This document shows, in pieces, positions 13,517-27,451 of a DNA stretch of 64,000 nucleotides. Where the stretch lies: contig NC_057713.1 of assembly GCF_004010195.1 (NCBI RefSeq), positions 84,602,350 through 84,666,349 of the forward strand, given 5' to 3'. The stretch is from Chiloscyllium plagiosum. Its lineage: Eukaryota. The translations under genes were made by a program, and so were the position numbers. Below the pieces are notes generated by a model, which worked only from the letters and a program-made list of their open reading frames with translations, searched no databases and was not told the DNA's origin. Each line of letters begins with the position of its first letter. The stretch's first letter is position 1.

Positions 13517-14094
13517 GTAAGTGCTTTTGTGACAAAAATCATTTTAATCAAGATTGTGTTATGGGGAAAGTGGATTGACCTGGTCACATGAAGACTTATC
13601 TTTGGAATTTTATTAAGCACAGACTAATTAGTAACTGTAATGAAAACCTCTACATGTTTTGAACCCTGTTTCAATCATTCACATAGTAACATTGCCCTGA
13701 CCAAGGCAATCACCTCTTTAGAAGTATGGTTATCCAGAGAAAATAATATTGTTTTCTGTATAAATTTTATCTGATTGTATGAACACTTAAGATTACATGA
13801 ACATTCTCAGGATTTCCATTCACTTGCAAGATTCTGTTAACAGTAAAGTGTAATATCCACTTCCCTACATACAAACACACACGCGACCTTCACTACCACC
13901 ACATGATAGTCACTTTAAAGATGCTAGATGTACCTTGCATATCTGCAGTTGTAAAACATATTGCACTAAATATAATCAACTTTGTTTTGGGAATTTTTAA
14001 AATAGAGAACTGTTTGACCAGTGACAAAAGCAACAGAAAAGTTGTATAAACTGAAAATTAATGTTTGTTTTGCGTCTTGTAATAGTTTTAGCTA

Positions 14095-14255
14095 TTGTTG
14101 TGGTTCTGTTCGCCGAGCTGGGAATTTGTGTTGCAGACGTTTCGTCCCCTGTCTAGGTGACATCCTCAGTGCTTGGGAGCCTCCTGTGAAGTGCTTCTGT
14201 GATGTTTCCTCCAGCATTTATAGTGGTATAAATGTTGTGTATAGTGGTATAAACA
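14095..14255 (-). mobile_element. Short Penelope pLTR fragment, 10-bp TSD ttttagctat (14086-14095 and 14256-14265)
   Basis: Near-identical to the 3' end of the GIY-YIG element at 47080-47836. Confidence 0.88.
14133..14172 (-). ncRNA. Minimal type-I hammerhead ribozyme motif (GUC site)
   Basis: Minus strand gca-CUGAGGA-U-GUC(A)CCU-AGAC-AGG(G)GAC-GAAAC-GUC-ugc; helix I gca/ugc. Confidence 0.75.
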
Positions 14256-14416
14256 TTTTAGCTATGTTGACTGAGGTCAATTTGTCAGTTGAAAATCAGC
14301 TTCAGTGTCGAAAGAAGTTAGTCTGCTGGAACTACATCTTTGTGGATGTGAGATGAGAACCTTAATTACTTTATTTGAGTACTGTTGTACTCATGGATAA
14401 AGGTCACTTTGACAGA

Positions 14417-15032
14417 TGTTATGGACTGGACCAAACCCCTTCAAATATAACAAGGAGGTAGTTTAGACCCCAACCTTTTCATATTTTTAAAGGCAAGTAT
14501 AAGATGTTGTGTTCCAGATGCAACTTGATTGGTCATACTGGCACTTTTGAAGCAACACACACTTAATTCTTACTCTATAGGCAAAATACAAACAAAAGAA
14601 AGAAGAATTGAAATAACTCTATTTGGAAAACGTACCAGAATAACAGATTACTTAACTTCTAAACCACATCTGTTCCAAAATAGTAACAGCCCATAAATAC
14701 ACCTTTGACAAAAGCAAATTCAGTAAAATAGATTGTCTCGTGCAATTATAGTAGCAGGAAGAGAACCTAGGCTTTTAGCTTAGGAGAGAGGGGAATAATA
14801 GCTTCCGCATCTAGCTTCAAGACCCTAGCAACTACTGAAAGTTAAACTAAAATCATGGTTCTATGGGAGCTTGAATCCATTCCTTCATACTGCTTTATTG
14901 TTCCAACTTCAAAAAAAAACCCAAGGCCTCAAGTCTGTTTTCTTCATTGGCTTGGGACAAACTGCTCGGTACCTCTGCCTCAACCTATCTTCATGAAAAA
15001 AATGCACCTCTTTTAGCCATAGTATCGTCACA
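14417..15032. mobile_element. Possible solo LTR
   Basis: Bounded by TGTTATG...CGTCACA (TG..CA with imperfect terminal inverted repeat); no clear TSD. Confidence 0.4.
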
Positions 15033-15679
15033 CTAGGCTTCGGAGAGCATTTGATTCCTGAAAAATTGCATTTCAGTTATGAAATTACTAAATTAACTTC
15101 ATCTTTACATACCCATTCACTATGGATCTGAGTAGCCCACTGATGAGGGTTTTAAGAAAATTTATTATTTACTATGTTTGAGCTAAAAATTGTAAGCTGA
15201 AGCTGTCAATGAAGCATTTTGATTTGTTTCCCAAAGCGGTGAATTTTTATCCTGGAGAAATTCGAACACTTTATCCTTTTACATCCAGAGTCTTCACAAA
15301 ATAATCTCCCTGTGGATCAAAACTGATACACTCTCAAAATAAATTACATCCACCATTGACTCATCTATTCGTATTGACAGGAACCTTAATGAACAATCAT
15401 TATTGTGCCCTTTTGAAAATTTTGTTCCACAACACATGGTTGTTGGCTACTCTATTGCCAATAAAAAGCAAATCATAGTCAGTTTTGTGTTGTAGACTTC
15501 TCTGACTAGAAGCAAAACTGGAACTGTTGAAAGACGTCTCTGCTTAACTTATAGTCACAAATTATATCATGGGTGTCATGTGTTGTAGTTTCTATTTAGC
15601 ACTTTGGATGTCACAATACAAAAGGTAAGTTACATTTTACGTCCTCTAGCTGTTTTAAGAACTGTTGGTACATGAACTG

Positions 15680-16945
15680 ATTGTAGGGAAAATGCTAGAG
15701 TCTATTATAAAAATTTAATAACAGAGCTCTTGGAAAACAGTGACAGGATTGGATAGAGTCAGCATGGACTTATAAAAGGGAAATCATGCTTGACAAATCT
15801 ATTGGAATTTTCAAAATGTAACTGGTAGCGTTCATAAGGAGGAATAAGTGGAAATTTATTTGGAAATTTAGAAGGCTTTTGATAAGGTCCCACACAACAA
15901 ATTAGCATATCAAGTTATAAGTAGGAATAAACAGGTCATTTTCTGAGTGACAGACAGTGACAATGGGATACTGCAGGAATCAGTGCTTGTATCTGAGCTA
16001 CTCACAATATATATTAATTATTTAGATAGGGGAACAAAATGTAATATCTCCAAGTTTGCAGATGATGCAAAGCTGGGTAGGAGGGTAAATTGTAAGGTTG
16101 GTGCAGAGATGCTTCAGTGTGATTCGGATAAGTTGAGCGATTGGCAGATGTATTGCAGATGAAGTATAATGTAGATATAATGAGACGTTATCCACTTTGG
16201 TAACAAAAACAGTAAGTAGTTTATTATCTGAATAGTGATAGATTGGGAAAGCTGGGAGTGCAACAAGATTTGGGTGACTTTGTACACTAGTTGCTGAAAG
16301 CAATGTGGTGCCACAGATGGTGAAGCGGGAAAATGATGTGTTGACCTTCATAATGACAGACTTTGAGAACACAAGCAAGAATGCTTTACTTCAGTTGTAC
16401 AGGGCATTGATGAGACTATACCTGGAGTATTGTGTACAGTTTTGGCGTCCTTATCTGAGGGCAGATGTTCTGGCTGTTGAGGGAGTGCAGATTTACCATA
16501 CTGATTACTGGGATGAGTAGGATTGACATATGAAGGAAGACTGGATCAGTTTGGACGATATTCACAAGAATTTTTAGAAGAATAGAAGGGGATCTCATAA
16601 AAACCTATGAAATTTAACAGGACTAGAAAGGATAAATGTAGGAAGGAAATTCCCAATCGCGAGGAATCCAGAACTAGGGGTTGTGGTCTGAGAATATGGG
16701 GTAGGCCATTTAGGACTGAGATGGCAAAACATTTCTTCACCAGACAGTGGTGAGCCTGTGGAATTCTCTGACACAGAAAGCAGTTGAGGCCAAAACATTG
16801 AATGTTTTCAAGAAGGATTTGGATATAGTCCTGATGGCTAGAGTATCAATGGGTATGGGGTGAAAGCAGGAATATGGTCTTGAATTGGTTCAGCCATGAT
16901 AATGTACAGCAGAGCAGGCTCAAATGGCTTTCTCTTGTTCCTATT
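15680..16945 (+). mobile_element. CR1 LINE RT and 3' fragment
   Basis: ISKFADDAKLG and LYRALMRLYLEYCVQFW. Confidence 0.88.
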
Positions 16946-18369
16946 GGCCCCAATCTTTAAACCTTAAATAGAAAGTTTGAAGCTGTAAGAGTCCCTTAAT
17001 GGATTCTTCGAGCTACAACTTATCATTTGTAAACAGACCTTAATCTTCTTAGGCTTTATTGAACAAATATTGTCCAAAATTTCCAATTTTGTTTCATTTT
17101 ATTTCTTTCTTGTGGTGTGTCGCTGGCAAGGCCATTGTTTGTTACCATCCCTTAATTGTGCGAGAGAAAATGCTGGTCTACTACCTTCTTGAAATGTTGC
17201 AGACTTTGGGGTGCTGGTACAGCAAAGTACTATTGGAAAGTGAGTTCCAGGATCAGTAATATGGTTCCAAGTTAAGATCGTGTGTGATTTCCTGGGAATT
17301 TGCTGTCCCCAAACTTCTAGATGGGTAAGAGTCTGAGAGTTTGCAAAGTGCTGCTGAAGAAGCCACACTGAGTTGCTGCAGTGCATCTTGTAATTAGCAA
17401 ATAGTGGTGGAAATGAATATTGATGTTACTGAATGAGGTGCCTATCAAGTCGGCTACATTAACCTGGATGACTTGGAACTCCTTGAAGGTTATTGGAACC
17501 ACACTTATGTGGTGAGTAATCCATTGTACTTCTGACTCATGTTGGCTTTGGGAGTCAGGAGGTGAGTTACTGCTGCAGAATTCCCAACCTCCTTTTGTAG
17601 CCTTTTATCATTCTAAAATGTAAAGAATAAAATAAAGGGTTGATTTTGCAATCTGGTACCTCAAGTGAGGAAGCAGTTCTCAGTGGAGTTTACGTTGAGA
17701 AATTGCAGGTGTATAGCTTGTGAAAGAATAGATCACTTCTCCATTGATACTACTAATTTGTTATTTTAAGGTTATTTTTATAGCATTAAAAGTACTGGTC
17801 CCCTATTGAAACATCCAAAGTATTGTGTTTTCTAAGTCTCATTACACTGAGATATTAAATGATTAGTTGATTATAGTGCTGATGAATGTAGATCGGATAA
17901 ATGGCTCACTAAAATTGGTATTTGCAACTGTTATTTGTACATCACAGAGTAGACATTCAGTGAATATGTATGGTTCAACTAGCACACTGCTCACATTGAA
18001 GGAAGACTGAAAATATTTGAATCCACTTACATTGAATCATATATCCATTGAAATTTGAAAGTGTATTTAGTATTTTGGTTGCAAATAATGATCTTGCAAT
18101 GGAAGCAATGTTGAAAAATCCATGATAATTTTGAATCAAAGGTTGGACTGGTGAAGCTTTGCTAAACGGATTCTTATTGACCACTGATGCCCTCTGCCTT
18201 CAGTTTTCAGGATTACCGCACATTCAATAATCTGTTTCTCTACTGATACAATATTTATTTTCATATATATTAAAGTCAATCAACAAGAGTAATCTTTAAC
18301 TGCTGAATCTGTTCTTATATGGATACTCTAGCAGGATTAAACCTCAAGAAGGGAGAAAGGGATATAGCA

Positions 18370-19720
18370 GGCCATTCAGTCTAACCTTATTGCTGGGAAA
18401 CTGTTGGAAGTTATTTTGAGGGACAGAACTAATCTGCATCTGGAGAGGCAGGGATTAGCCAAGAACAATGAGCATGGTCTTGGGGAGTTTGTGTCCGACC
18501 AATTTGATTAAATTTTTCAGAGGTAGCTAGGGGTGTAGATGAGAGCAATACATTTGATGTAACCTATTTTTACTTAAGTGAGTTTCCAAGGCTGATAGTG
18601 AAAGTAAGGGCCCATAGGATGTGAGAAAATTTGGTTAATTGGATCCAGAATTGACCAAGTGGTAGGAAGCAGGTGATTATGGTTGGGAAGTGTTTTTCAG
18701 ACTGAAAACCTGTATCCAGTGGAGTTCCACAGGGATCATTATTGGGACCCTTGCTGTTTGTGGTATACAGAAGAACTTCGATTGTCCAACGAGATGTGCG
18801 GGTACTATTTCGTTCGGATAATTGATTATTTGGTTAATTGATTTCCTCTGGGGCTCTGAGCTGTCTGTGAAATCTGCTCCCTGTTCAGGAGACTAGGCAT
18901 CAGCATACTGCGTGTGAAACCCCACCCTCCGTCCGCCTCCAATCTTGTCCAACACCGTGCCCCCCCGTCCATCCCCACCCAACGTCCAACCCCCTTCCAC
19001 ACCCTCAGCCCTGTCCAACGTGCCCCCCGACCCTGTCAGACTCGTCCCCACCCCCGGGGCAGCCAGACTGGATACCAGCAGAAAGACCGCTGCTGCCTTT
19101 GACAGGTTCCATCTCTGCCCTGTACAGGACAATGTTGGAGAGATTATCTGGGAAGGGAAGTGGTTAGGGTTCACCCCTATGTAGAACTCCAGGGAAAGTG
19201 TTGGGGGAAGAAAGAGGGTGGAAGGTCAAAAATTTACAGATTGTGCCTGGACTGTCCATGACTGTTCTCAGCATCATTTCAGTAAGCCAAGTTCATTTTT
19301 AATCATTGTATCTGTAAACAAAAAAACAAGATCAGGGTTGAAACAGCTCTTTTACATAATGTTTCTATTGGGACCTTGAGATTCCCTTAGGATAATCCAA
19401 TACTCGGATAATTGATATTCAGATAATTGATATCCGGTTATTTGAGGTTCCCCTATATAGGAATAATTTTGACACGAGAGTTGATCAGTAAGTTCATGAA
19501 TGATACACAAATTGGTTGGGTGGTAAATAGTGAGGATTATAACCTTCAATTGCAGAAGGGTATAGGCACATTGTCAGATGAGCTGATCAGCCACAGATGG
19601 AATTCAATCCACATAAGCGTGAGGTGATGTACTTGAGCAGGATCAACAAGGCAAACAGTACATGATGGACAGTAAGACGTGGGAAGTGCCAAGATCCAAG
19701 GGACGTTGGTGCACATGCCA
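18370..19720 (+). mobile_element. CR1 LINE RT fragment interrupted by a Tigger-like element
   Basis: SGVPQGSLLGPLLF before 18767; ISKFMNDTQIG resumes after 19457. Confidence 0.8.
18768..19455. mobile_element. Non-autonomous Tc1/mariner (Tigger/pogo-like) DNA transposon
   Basis: TA|CAGAAGAACTTCGATTGTCC ... GGTTATTTGAGGTTCCCCTA|TA imperfect TIRs, TA target, subterminal ggataattga repeats. Confidence 0.7.
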
Positions 19721-21404
19721 GTAGATGAATATGCAAATCAAAGACTTGTGTGGGAGAAGTGGGTTTTAGTTCATGGCCCACTGACATCAGTGGTTGAGAA
19801 AATGGCAGCTGTGCCATTGGGATAGTCAACACCTAAAGTAAGCTGGTGTCAGTGTTTTGCGGACCACATTGCTGGGGAAGTAGAGAGCGTTTTAAACTAA
19901 ATAAAAGGGGTAAGGTATCAAATGTGGGAAGATGTGCTGTTTTCAAAGAGTAGTGCCACGAACTGTAATATGTGGAGTGAGGGTCAAAGAATGGCAGGAA
20001 GGAATAGAGGGGGGGAAAAAAGAATGTGATGCACCAACAATGAAGATTAGATTAGTCTGATTCTGAAGAAGTGTCATTGTTAAATGTTAACCCTGCATTC
20101 TCGATATGGATGCTGCCAAATCTGTTGAGTTTTTCCTGTAATTTCCAACATCCATAGTTCTTTGATTTATATTAATCAAGACTAGATGTTACAAAGAAAA
20201 CAAAAAGGTAAAACTGAAGGCTCTGTATCTGAATGAGCGTAGCATCCATAACAAACTAGCAAATTGGTAGCAAGCATTGAAGTAAAAAAAAGATCTGATA
20301 GCTATTTCAAAGACATGATTTCAGTATGGCAAGTATTGAAGGTTATGCGACATTCAAAAAAATATAGAACTAGGTAAAGGTGGATGAGTAGTATTGTTAA
20401 TCAGGAATGGCATTTGCCCAATAGTGACAGATAATCTTGATTCAGGAGACCAGGATGAGAGTTGGCTTAGATGTGGAATCAGTTTGAGTGAAGGTGGGAA
20501 ATAATAAGTGAAATGACCCACAGATATTGTAACAGTAACCACAAGAAGAAATATTGGGTGCTTTTGAGGGGATGCCAACAATCTGGTGACTTCAATCTGC
20601 AAATAAAGTGCAAAAATCAGATTGGCAATAGTAGCCTGAAAGACGAGTTCATGAAAAGCTTTTTGAGATAATTTCTTGGAACAACACATCGTAGAACTAA
20701 CCAGTGAGCAAATTATATTAGTTTTGGTGTTGTGTAATGTGACCGAATTAATTAATGATCTCAGAGTTATAGCACCCCTAGGTATCAGCAACCATGGTAT
20801 GTTTGAATTTTGCATCCAGTTTGAAAGGAAGAAGCATTCCACATCCAAATATGGGCTATTTATGAGGGCATGAAAGCTAAACTAGCTGAAATTGGAACAA
20901 GAGGTTAAGGGATAGATCATTAGAGACACCATGGAAGACCTTTTAAGGGGATATTTCAGAATAAGTATACTTAAACTTTAAGTAAAAATTATATCATCCA
21001 TTGTTAATTGAAAATGTTAGAGTAAGTGTTGAACTTAAGGAAAAGGCACACAAACAACAGTGCAAAGTCGACTGGCAGGAGAGATGACTTGTCAAAGAGC
21101 AGCAGTTTAATCGGGGGGAGAAATTGGAATATGAATTTTAAAATGGTTTTAATTTTAAAAAGGAAGAGTTTCTACAGGTATTCTAAAAGGAAAAAAGTAA
21201 GGTAAGTGAGTGGTCCTTGAGTGAATGAGAATGGGAAGTTAATAATAGATGATAAGGAAATGTCTTCACTATAGAGAATACAAAAACAATTCTAGTGATA
21301 GTTGTAAATCGGAAGGGTGATGGTTATTTAGCAAAATTACATTCACGAAGAAGCAAACTAAGGGAGCTTTGTACTGACAAATCTCCAGGTCCAGATGGAT
21401 ATCA

Positions 21405-21626
21405 GGTAGGTAAAAACAATGACTGCAGATGCTGGAAACCAGATTCTGGATTAGTGGTGCTGGAAAAGCACAGCAGTTCAGACAGCATCCGAGGAGCAGT
21501 AAAATCGACATTTCGGGCAAAAGCCCATCATCCCCTGTATTCCTGATGAAGGGCTTTTGCCCGAAACGTCGATTTTACTGCTCCTCGGATGCTGTCTGAA
21601 CTGCTGTGCTTTTCCAGCACCACTAA
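21405..21626. mobile_element. Fold-back short PLE-derived element, 15-bp TSD tccagatggatatca (21390-21404 and 21627-21641)
   Basis: Inverted arms ~21445-21529 and ~21545-21632; inserted into CR1. Confidence 0.9.
21540..21573 (+). ncRNA. Minimal type-I hammerhead ribozyme motif
   Basis: CUGAUGA-A-GGGC-UUUU-GCCC-GAAAC-GUC; helix I is weak (uc/ga). Confidence 0.7.
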
Positions 21627-23193
21627 TCCAGATGGATATCATCCTAGGGTCTAGAAAGAGGTTTGTATTGAGAAAATATATGTTGGTCTTAATTTCACAA
21701 AATTCCCTAAATTCAAGTAAAGTTTCATTGTAGCAAACAGAATCTCTTCAAGAAGGGAGGGAGGCAAAACACTAGAATCTATCAGCTGGTTAGCTTGACA
21801 TCGGCCATGGAAATGGTGTTAGAATCAGTTATTGAAAAAATTATAGCTGCACATTTAGAGAAAATTGGAGTAACTGGGAAAAGTCAGAATGGTTTTTATC
21901 AAAGGGCAGTCTTGTTCGACAAATTCTTTGAAGGAGTAGCATACAATGTGGACAAAGGGGAGCTTGTAGAAGTTATATACTTGGATTTCTAGAAGGCTTT
22001 TGATAAGGTGCTCCACCAAAGTTTAGTGCAGAAAATAAATGCTCATTGTGTAGAGGATAATTTTTAGATGGATAGAAGGTTGGCTAACTGGCAAAAAAAA
22101 ACACAAATTTGTTTAGGTTTAGATATCAATTTTATTGTCGAGTATTATTTATTATCTCTAGTACAGCAATACAGGAGTACAGTGAAAATCATAAAGTTGA
22201 CATTCTCTGGCTCCATCCTAATATACAAAAGACAGGAACAAAAACAGAAGCAAAAGTTAAAGAATCGGCCTGATTGGCAGGATGTAACAACTAGAACAAT
22301 GAATTCACAGCAATGACTTTGTTGAGGGGAGTGAAAGCATGGTAGCTAAATTTGTAGGATCACACCAAACTAAGTAGAAAAGTCTATGAAGAAGAGACAA
22401 GGAAGTTTCAGACATAGGTTGAATGAGTGGGCAAATATTGGAGATGGAGGGTAATACAGGAAAATATGATGTTTTTCACTTTGGCAGGAAGAATGAAAAA
22501 GCAAGCAGTTACTCAGAGTACATATGAAGAAGTCTGAGATGAAGACAGATTTAGATGTTTCGGTGCATGAATCAAAAATGTTAGTATGAAGGTAAAACAT
22601 GTAATCAATAGAACTAATGGGATGCTATCCTTTATTGCGAGAGGAATTGAAAACAAACTTAAATTTATACTGGGCTTTCATGAGACGACATCTCTCATGC
22701 TGTCTGAAATTTGCTATCATTCTTTAAGAATGTAACTGCATTGGAGGCAATTCAGACTCGTAAACTCGTTGATAGAACTGATTGAAGTATGTAAGATTGT
22801 AAATGTTCTTGACAAGTTGAATGCAAAAATAATGTGTTGTCTTGTGGGTCAATCCAGAACTAGGGAGCACTGTTTGAAAATTAGGGGTCCATCCTTTCAG
22901 GGCAGATGAGAATTTTCTTTTAATCTGAGGGTTGAGCCATTGGAACTGTGTGTTAGAAGGCAATGGAGGAGGGATCAAGCTTTCAGCTTGAAAAGAAAAT
23001 CCATTGCTGAAAAAGCTATGGCCATGACCAGATAGGTGAGAGCAAAGCAAGGTGAGCAATTTCTTTTATATTTCTACTTTCAAAGTAACCCTATCTACTT
23101 AATTTGAAAGGTATCTTTTTTTGTGAATAACTATGTGCTCCCTTTGAGTTTTGTCATGCCTTAAGATTTTAAAGTTGTTTCTTTTTTTAACAG

Positions 23194-23357
23194 ATGGATA
23201 TCAGTATTAACTAACAGTAAAGAGGAGGCATTAAACATGGCATTCAGAGGAGAGCAAAGCAGTGGAGAGAACAGCATAGAGGACCTAACCAAAGCCATCA
23301 TTGAAGATGTGCAGCGGATGCCTGGCAATGATGTCTGTTGTGATTGTGGAGCTCCAG
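23194..23357 (+). CDS. ASAP1: ASAP1 exon (end of PH, start of ArfGAP): WISVLTNSKEEALNMAFRGEQSSGENSIEDLTKAIIEDVQRMPGNDVCCDCGAP
   Basis: ttttttaacag acceptor; 164 nt; first CxxC of the ArfGAP zinc finger; AFRGEQS..ENS.EDLTKAII is ASAP1-like rather than ASAP2-like; donor is a weak CAG|gtcttt. Confidence 0.93.
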
Positions 23358-25489
23358 GTCTTTGGTTATTTTTCCGCAGAGAAATTTTATTTACCTGATA
23401 GCATTGTCTACTTTTGCAATTTTCTGATCAAATGCAGAATATTATCAATTATGTACCTCATCAATGAGATACAAGTTAAGCCTCTCACAAGAAAGCTTTT
23501 TAGTCAGGTTTGATTTAAACTATGTTCAACTTCAAAACAGTTAAGAGTTGGTATGCAAAAAGCCTTGTTTTATAATGGTGTTTGTAGCTGGCTGTTTAGT
23601 GTTGGTTTTGCACAAAGCATAACATTCAGAAGAAGGTTTTCTAGTGCTTTCATTCCAAATAATCCTCATATAAAACATAATATTGTATTTTGTGCTTATT
23701 TTTCTCTGAAAAGGCAGTTTTGATATTAAAGTATATTCTTCCTGCTCTACTTGTCACTGTAAGTCCAGATCTAAAAGGTAGTATTTTTAGTACACAAAGT
23801 ATAATGCCTCCATAGCAGGCATATTCCTATTTATCAAAACTTTTTTTTTAATCTTGTCTTTTCCATTATGAAACGTGTAGTTTTAAATATTTTTCAGCAA
23901 GGGAATCTCATTGAACTCTCTAAGAGGTCATTTACAAACTGGTGCATATTCCCTGACGTGGAATGCTCAAGTCATTTCAGAATCAGTATTATACCCTATC
24001 TCCTTATATAATGATCTGATTACAAATCTTGAAAACTGTGTACATATCTAATAGTCTGAATTTATTGTTGATGACACGCACACATGCTCATGTAAACATA
24101 CCTTCCCAGAGGCATGATCGGGTTCAGAAGCCGAGGCCACCCAGATATCAATTGAGGTCCTTGAATGGAAAATGTGTTATCACTTTAGGGCCTCATTATA
24201 CTACTGCTGTTAATCAAATAGTTACAAAATGTTGGAATTAATTCAGTCAGGTGTAACTGGGTTTATAACAGCAGTATGATTATTGATATTTGATAAACAA
24301 CTATACTGATCCTTTTTAAAAAAACATTAATCCAAAGAAGTCATATGATTAGCAAATAGATGTTTTAAGCTAAATTATTTAATAACATTTTTCAGAAGTT
24401 TTATGGAATATTTTGTCTTTTACTTTCATATGCATGTCTCAGTCAATCTTAAATTTACTTGCTATATAAAAAAATTTAAAAGTAGTTTTGTTTATTGCTC
24501 TTTGTTCCCTGATTGGGTGTATGTATAAATTCTTCAATGTGAGAAGCTGTTTGGCAAACTTTATGGCATGACTCTACAATGGGAATGCCTAAACATGTTA
24601 GAACCAATTCCAATACTATTGTAAAGTGACAGAGGAAGTATGTGCTAAAAGTTGCTAGATCTCTTTGTGGTTTATTTCAAAAACAATGTTGGGCTGGTTA
24701 TTAAAGGTTTTGACACAGTAGTTCATTTTATACTCTGAGGGTAGCCATTTGAAAAGCAGTTGCCACATGCGTGGAGACAAGTAAACCCTTTTGAGTTTGC
24801 TTGCAGCCTTCTGGAGAGGATCCTCATTCACAGATATTCTGTATTTGATCAAGGAGGTGAGAGAGACTTGGTAAAACCTAACTAATCATTCGCTTTGATT
24901 CCTCTTCATCTCTCCCTACACTTCCCTGCTAGTGGCAATCCGAACTATAAGGCCATTGTTACGTGCCTTTTGTTTCAGCAGTGATTCCTGTTGAAGAACC
25001 AAATAAACCCCGGCTGGCAGCCACTGCTCCCAGTGCTGCTATTAGTAATGAAGCAGTTGGCAGCTCATTCATTAGGGATGGGCAAGCCCTACAATTCACC
25101 GTCTCCCTTGAAGCCAAGAATGTCATAACAGGATTTCTGCTGCCAGTACCGAAATTAATTCCTCAGTGTTTGAAAGATTGAATGAATGGATGTCCCACCA
25201 GGTTTGCTGCCAAACTTTGAGCTCCTTGATATCATCATTAAAATCAGACCTATGTATGATCATTAACTTGGAAAAATGTGTTAAGCTTTCCTAAAGCATT
25301 ATCAGTTGGATCAAGCTGACTCCTGTGTCCATTTTTTAATACAAACGTTTCTACCATAGAAGGCTCTGTGGGATGTGAAGTCACGCAAGATCGTAGGGAT
25401 TAGGTGTTGGTCATTTAGCCTTTTGAGCTTTCCCTTTCATAAAATCATGTGTCTTCCTGATCACATCATCATTTTCCAGATATCCTCCA

Positions 25490-27451
25490 ATGGATTCTAG
25501 CATCTTCCCATATGTTAGACTAACTGCTTCATAGTTTCCTGCTTTCTACCTCCCTCGTTCCTTAAAATCCCCTGAGACCATTCCAGCGTCTAAGGAATTT
25601 TGGAAAATTATAGGCAATGAACCTACATCTGTGCTGCCAATTCTTTAAAGGCCCTAAGATGTGGGCCATCTGGCCCTGAGGACTTGTCACCCTTTTGGTC
25701 CGTTAGCTCTCCTAGCATCTTTTCCCCAGTGATCATAATTGCTTAAAGTCTGTCCCCTTCCTTATGCTTCTTGCTTCTCATTTATCTTTATGAAGTTTAC
25801 TAAGTCGTCCGCCGTGATGACAGACAGAAATGAAATGTCAAAAGCCTTCGCCAGTTCTTTATTTTCATTATTAATTCTTCATACTCATTGTATTAGAGAA
25901 CCAATGTTAGTTTTTGTTACTCTTTTTGTTTAAATATTTACTCTCTATTTTTATATTACTTGCTAACTTTCTCCCATTTTGCTTTTTGCCTCTGTCTTCT
26001 CAGTCATTCTTTACTGTTCAGTCTTCTGACCTACCATTATTCTTTGCAGATTTGTAAAATGTTTTTTTCAATTTACTATTATCCTTAACTTTCTCATTTA
26101 GCCAGGAATGAATTATCCTTCTCAGAGTTTTTCTTGCTTACTGGGATGATCTTGCCCGAGAGTTATCTTGGAATCATAGAAATGTTAATGTAGATGGAGG
26201 CCTTTTGGCCCATGGTACCTACATTGGATGTTCAAATAATCATCATTATTTGGTGCCAATCTTCTGCTTTTCCCCACACATTGGCACACTATTTCTATCC
26301 AAATAATTCTCCAATGCTCCCTTGAATGTTATAAATGTCTCCTTTAAAAATCTGCCTCTATAATTGCATTGACCTACTTTTTAATCTAGTTTCTTAATTC
26401 ATCTTAGCAAGCTCTTTATATCCTCCAGAGTTATCTTTATTTTCTTTTAAAACCCCTCGTCATCAATTTACAGTTCTCCCTTTCAAAACTGAACATGACA
26501 TTTTATTGTGTTGTAGTCACTATCACCTAGAGGTTCCTTTAGTTATTGATTAAGTTATTAATCAACAGTAAGTTATTTATTAATCGTTGCACATTACCAG
26601 ATCTAAGATAAGTTGGCTGTAGAACATGCCAAACTACCTAACTGTCGCAAAGACACACTATGAACTCCTTTTTCAAGCTACGTTTACCAGTTTGCTTCTC
26701 CCATTCTACACATAGGTTAAAATCCATCATAATCACACACAATCTATTTGTTTAAATCATTTTGTATTTTACTGAAACTGATCCTACATTTTTGATCTTT
26801 TAAGTTAAGGTAATCTCTCAGTATTGATCTAATGCTATCCTTAATTAACAGAGTGAACCTGCCACCTTTCCTAGCTTTCTGTCAGATCCTAGTCTTGGTC
26901 ACCTTTCAGCTGTATTTCTCATATTACTATAAGATTATTCATATTTATCTCCATCTGTTCTAATAATTGTTTCCCTTAAATTTATCATGTCTCCCCTCAC
27001 TTGATTCTCCTCTGTTTAGACTAAAGCCTTCTCTACCATCCTAATTTTACAATTTGCTATACCATGAGTCTCAGCACAATTCAAGTGAAAGCCATCCCAA
27101 TAGTACAGCTTCTACTTTCCCCAGTACTGGTGCTAGCTCCTCGGGAAACAAAACCTATTTTTCCCATACCAGTCTTTGAGCCGGATATTCATTTCTCCAA
27201 TTTTATTTATCCAATGCCTATTTAGAGATTTTGACCTTTGAAGTTCTTTTTTTAAAAGTTCCTAGCTGCTCCTACCAATGGTGTTAGTACCTATATGGGC
27301 CATGACCACTGGATATTCCCCCTCCGAACTGCAAATTTTTCTCCAGCCAAGAGTAGATGTCCTGAACCCTAGAACTAGGCACGCACAACTGCCAGTTGTA
27401 CTTTGGCTCCTAATTGCCAAGAACTATATCTCTCCCCCAACTGTGCTGCCC
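25490..27451 (-). mobile_element. Old CR1 LINE fragments
   Basis: Reverse complement of DKSSGPDGPHLRAL and other decayed CR1 motifs. Confidence 0.6.

Larger units (their letters stand above)
20200..23050 (+). mobile_element. Old CR1 LINE (endonuclease to RT, heavily decayed)
   Basis: TDKSPGPDG, EVIYLDF*KAFDKV and APLGISNH fragments. Confidence 0.8.

Noticed and set aside
18893-19184. Pro-rich ORFs that could be ASAP1 proline-rich exons
   Set aside because: Inside a TIR element, wrong position in exon order, and no ASAP1 similarity.
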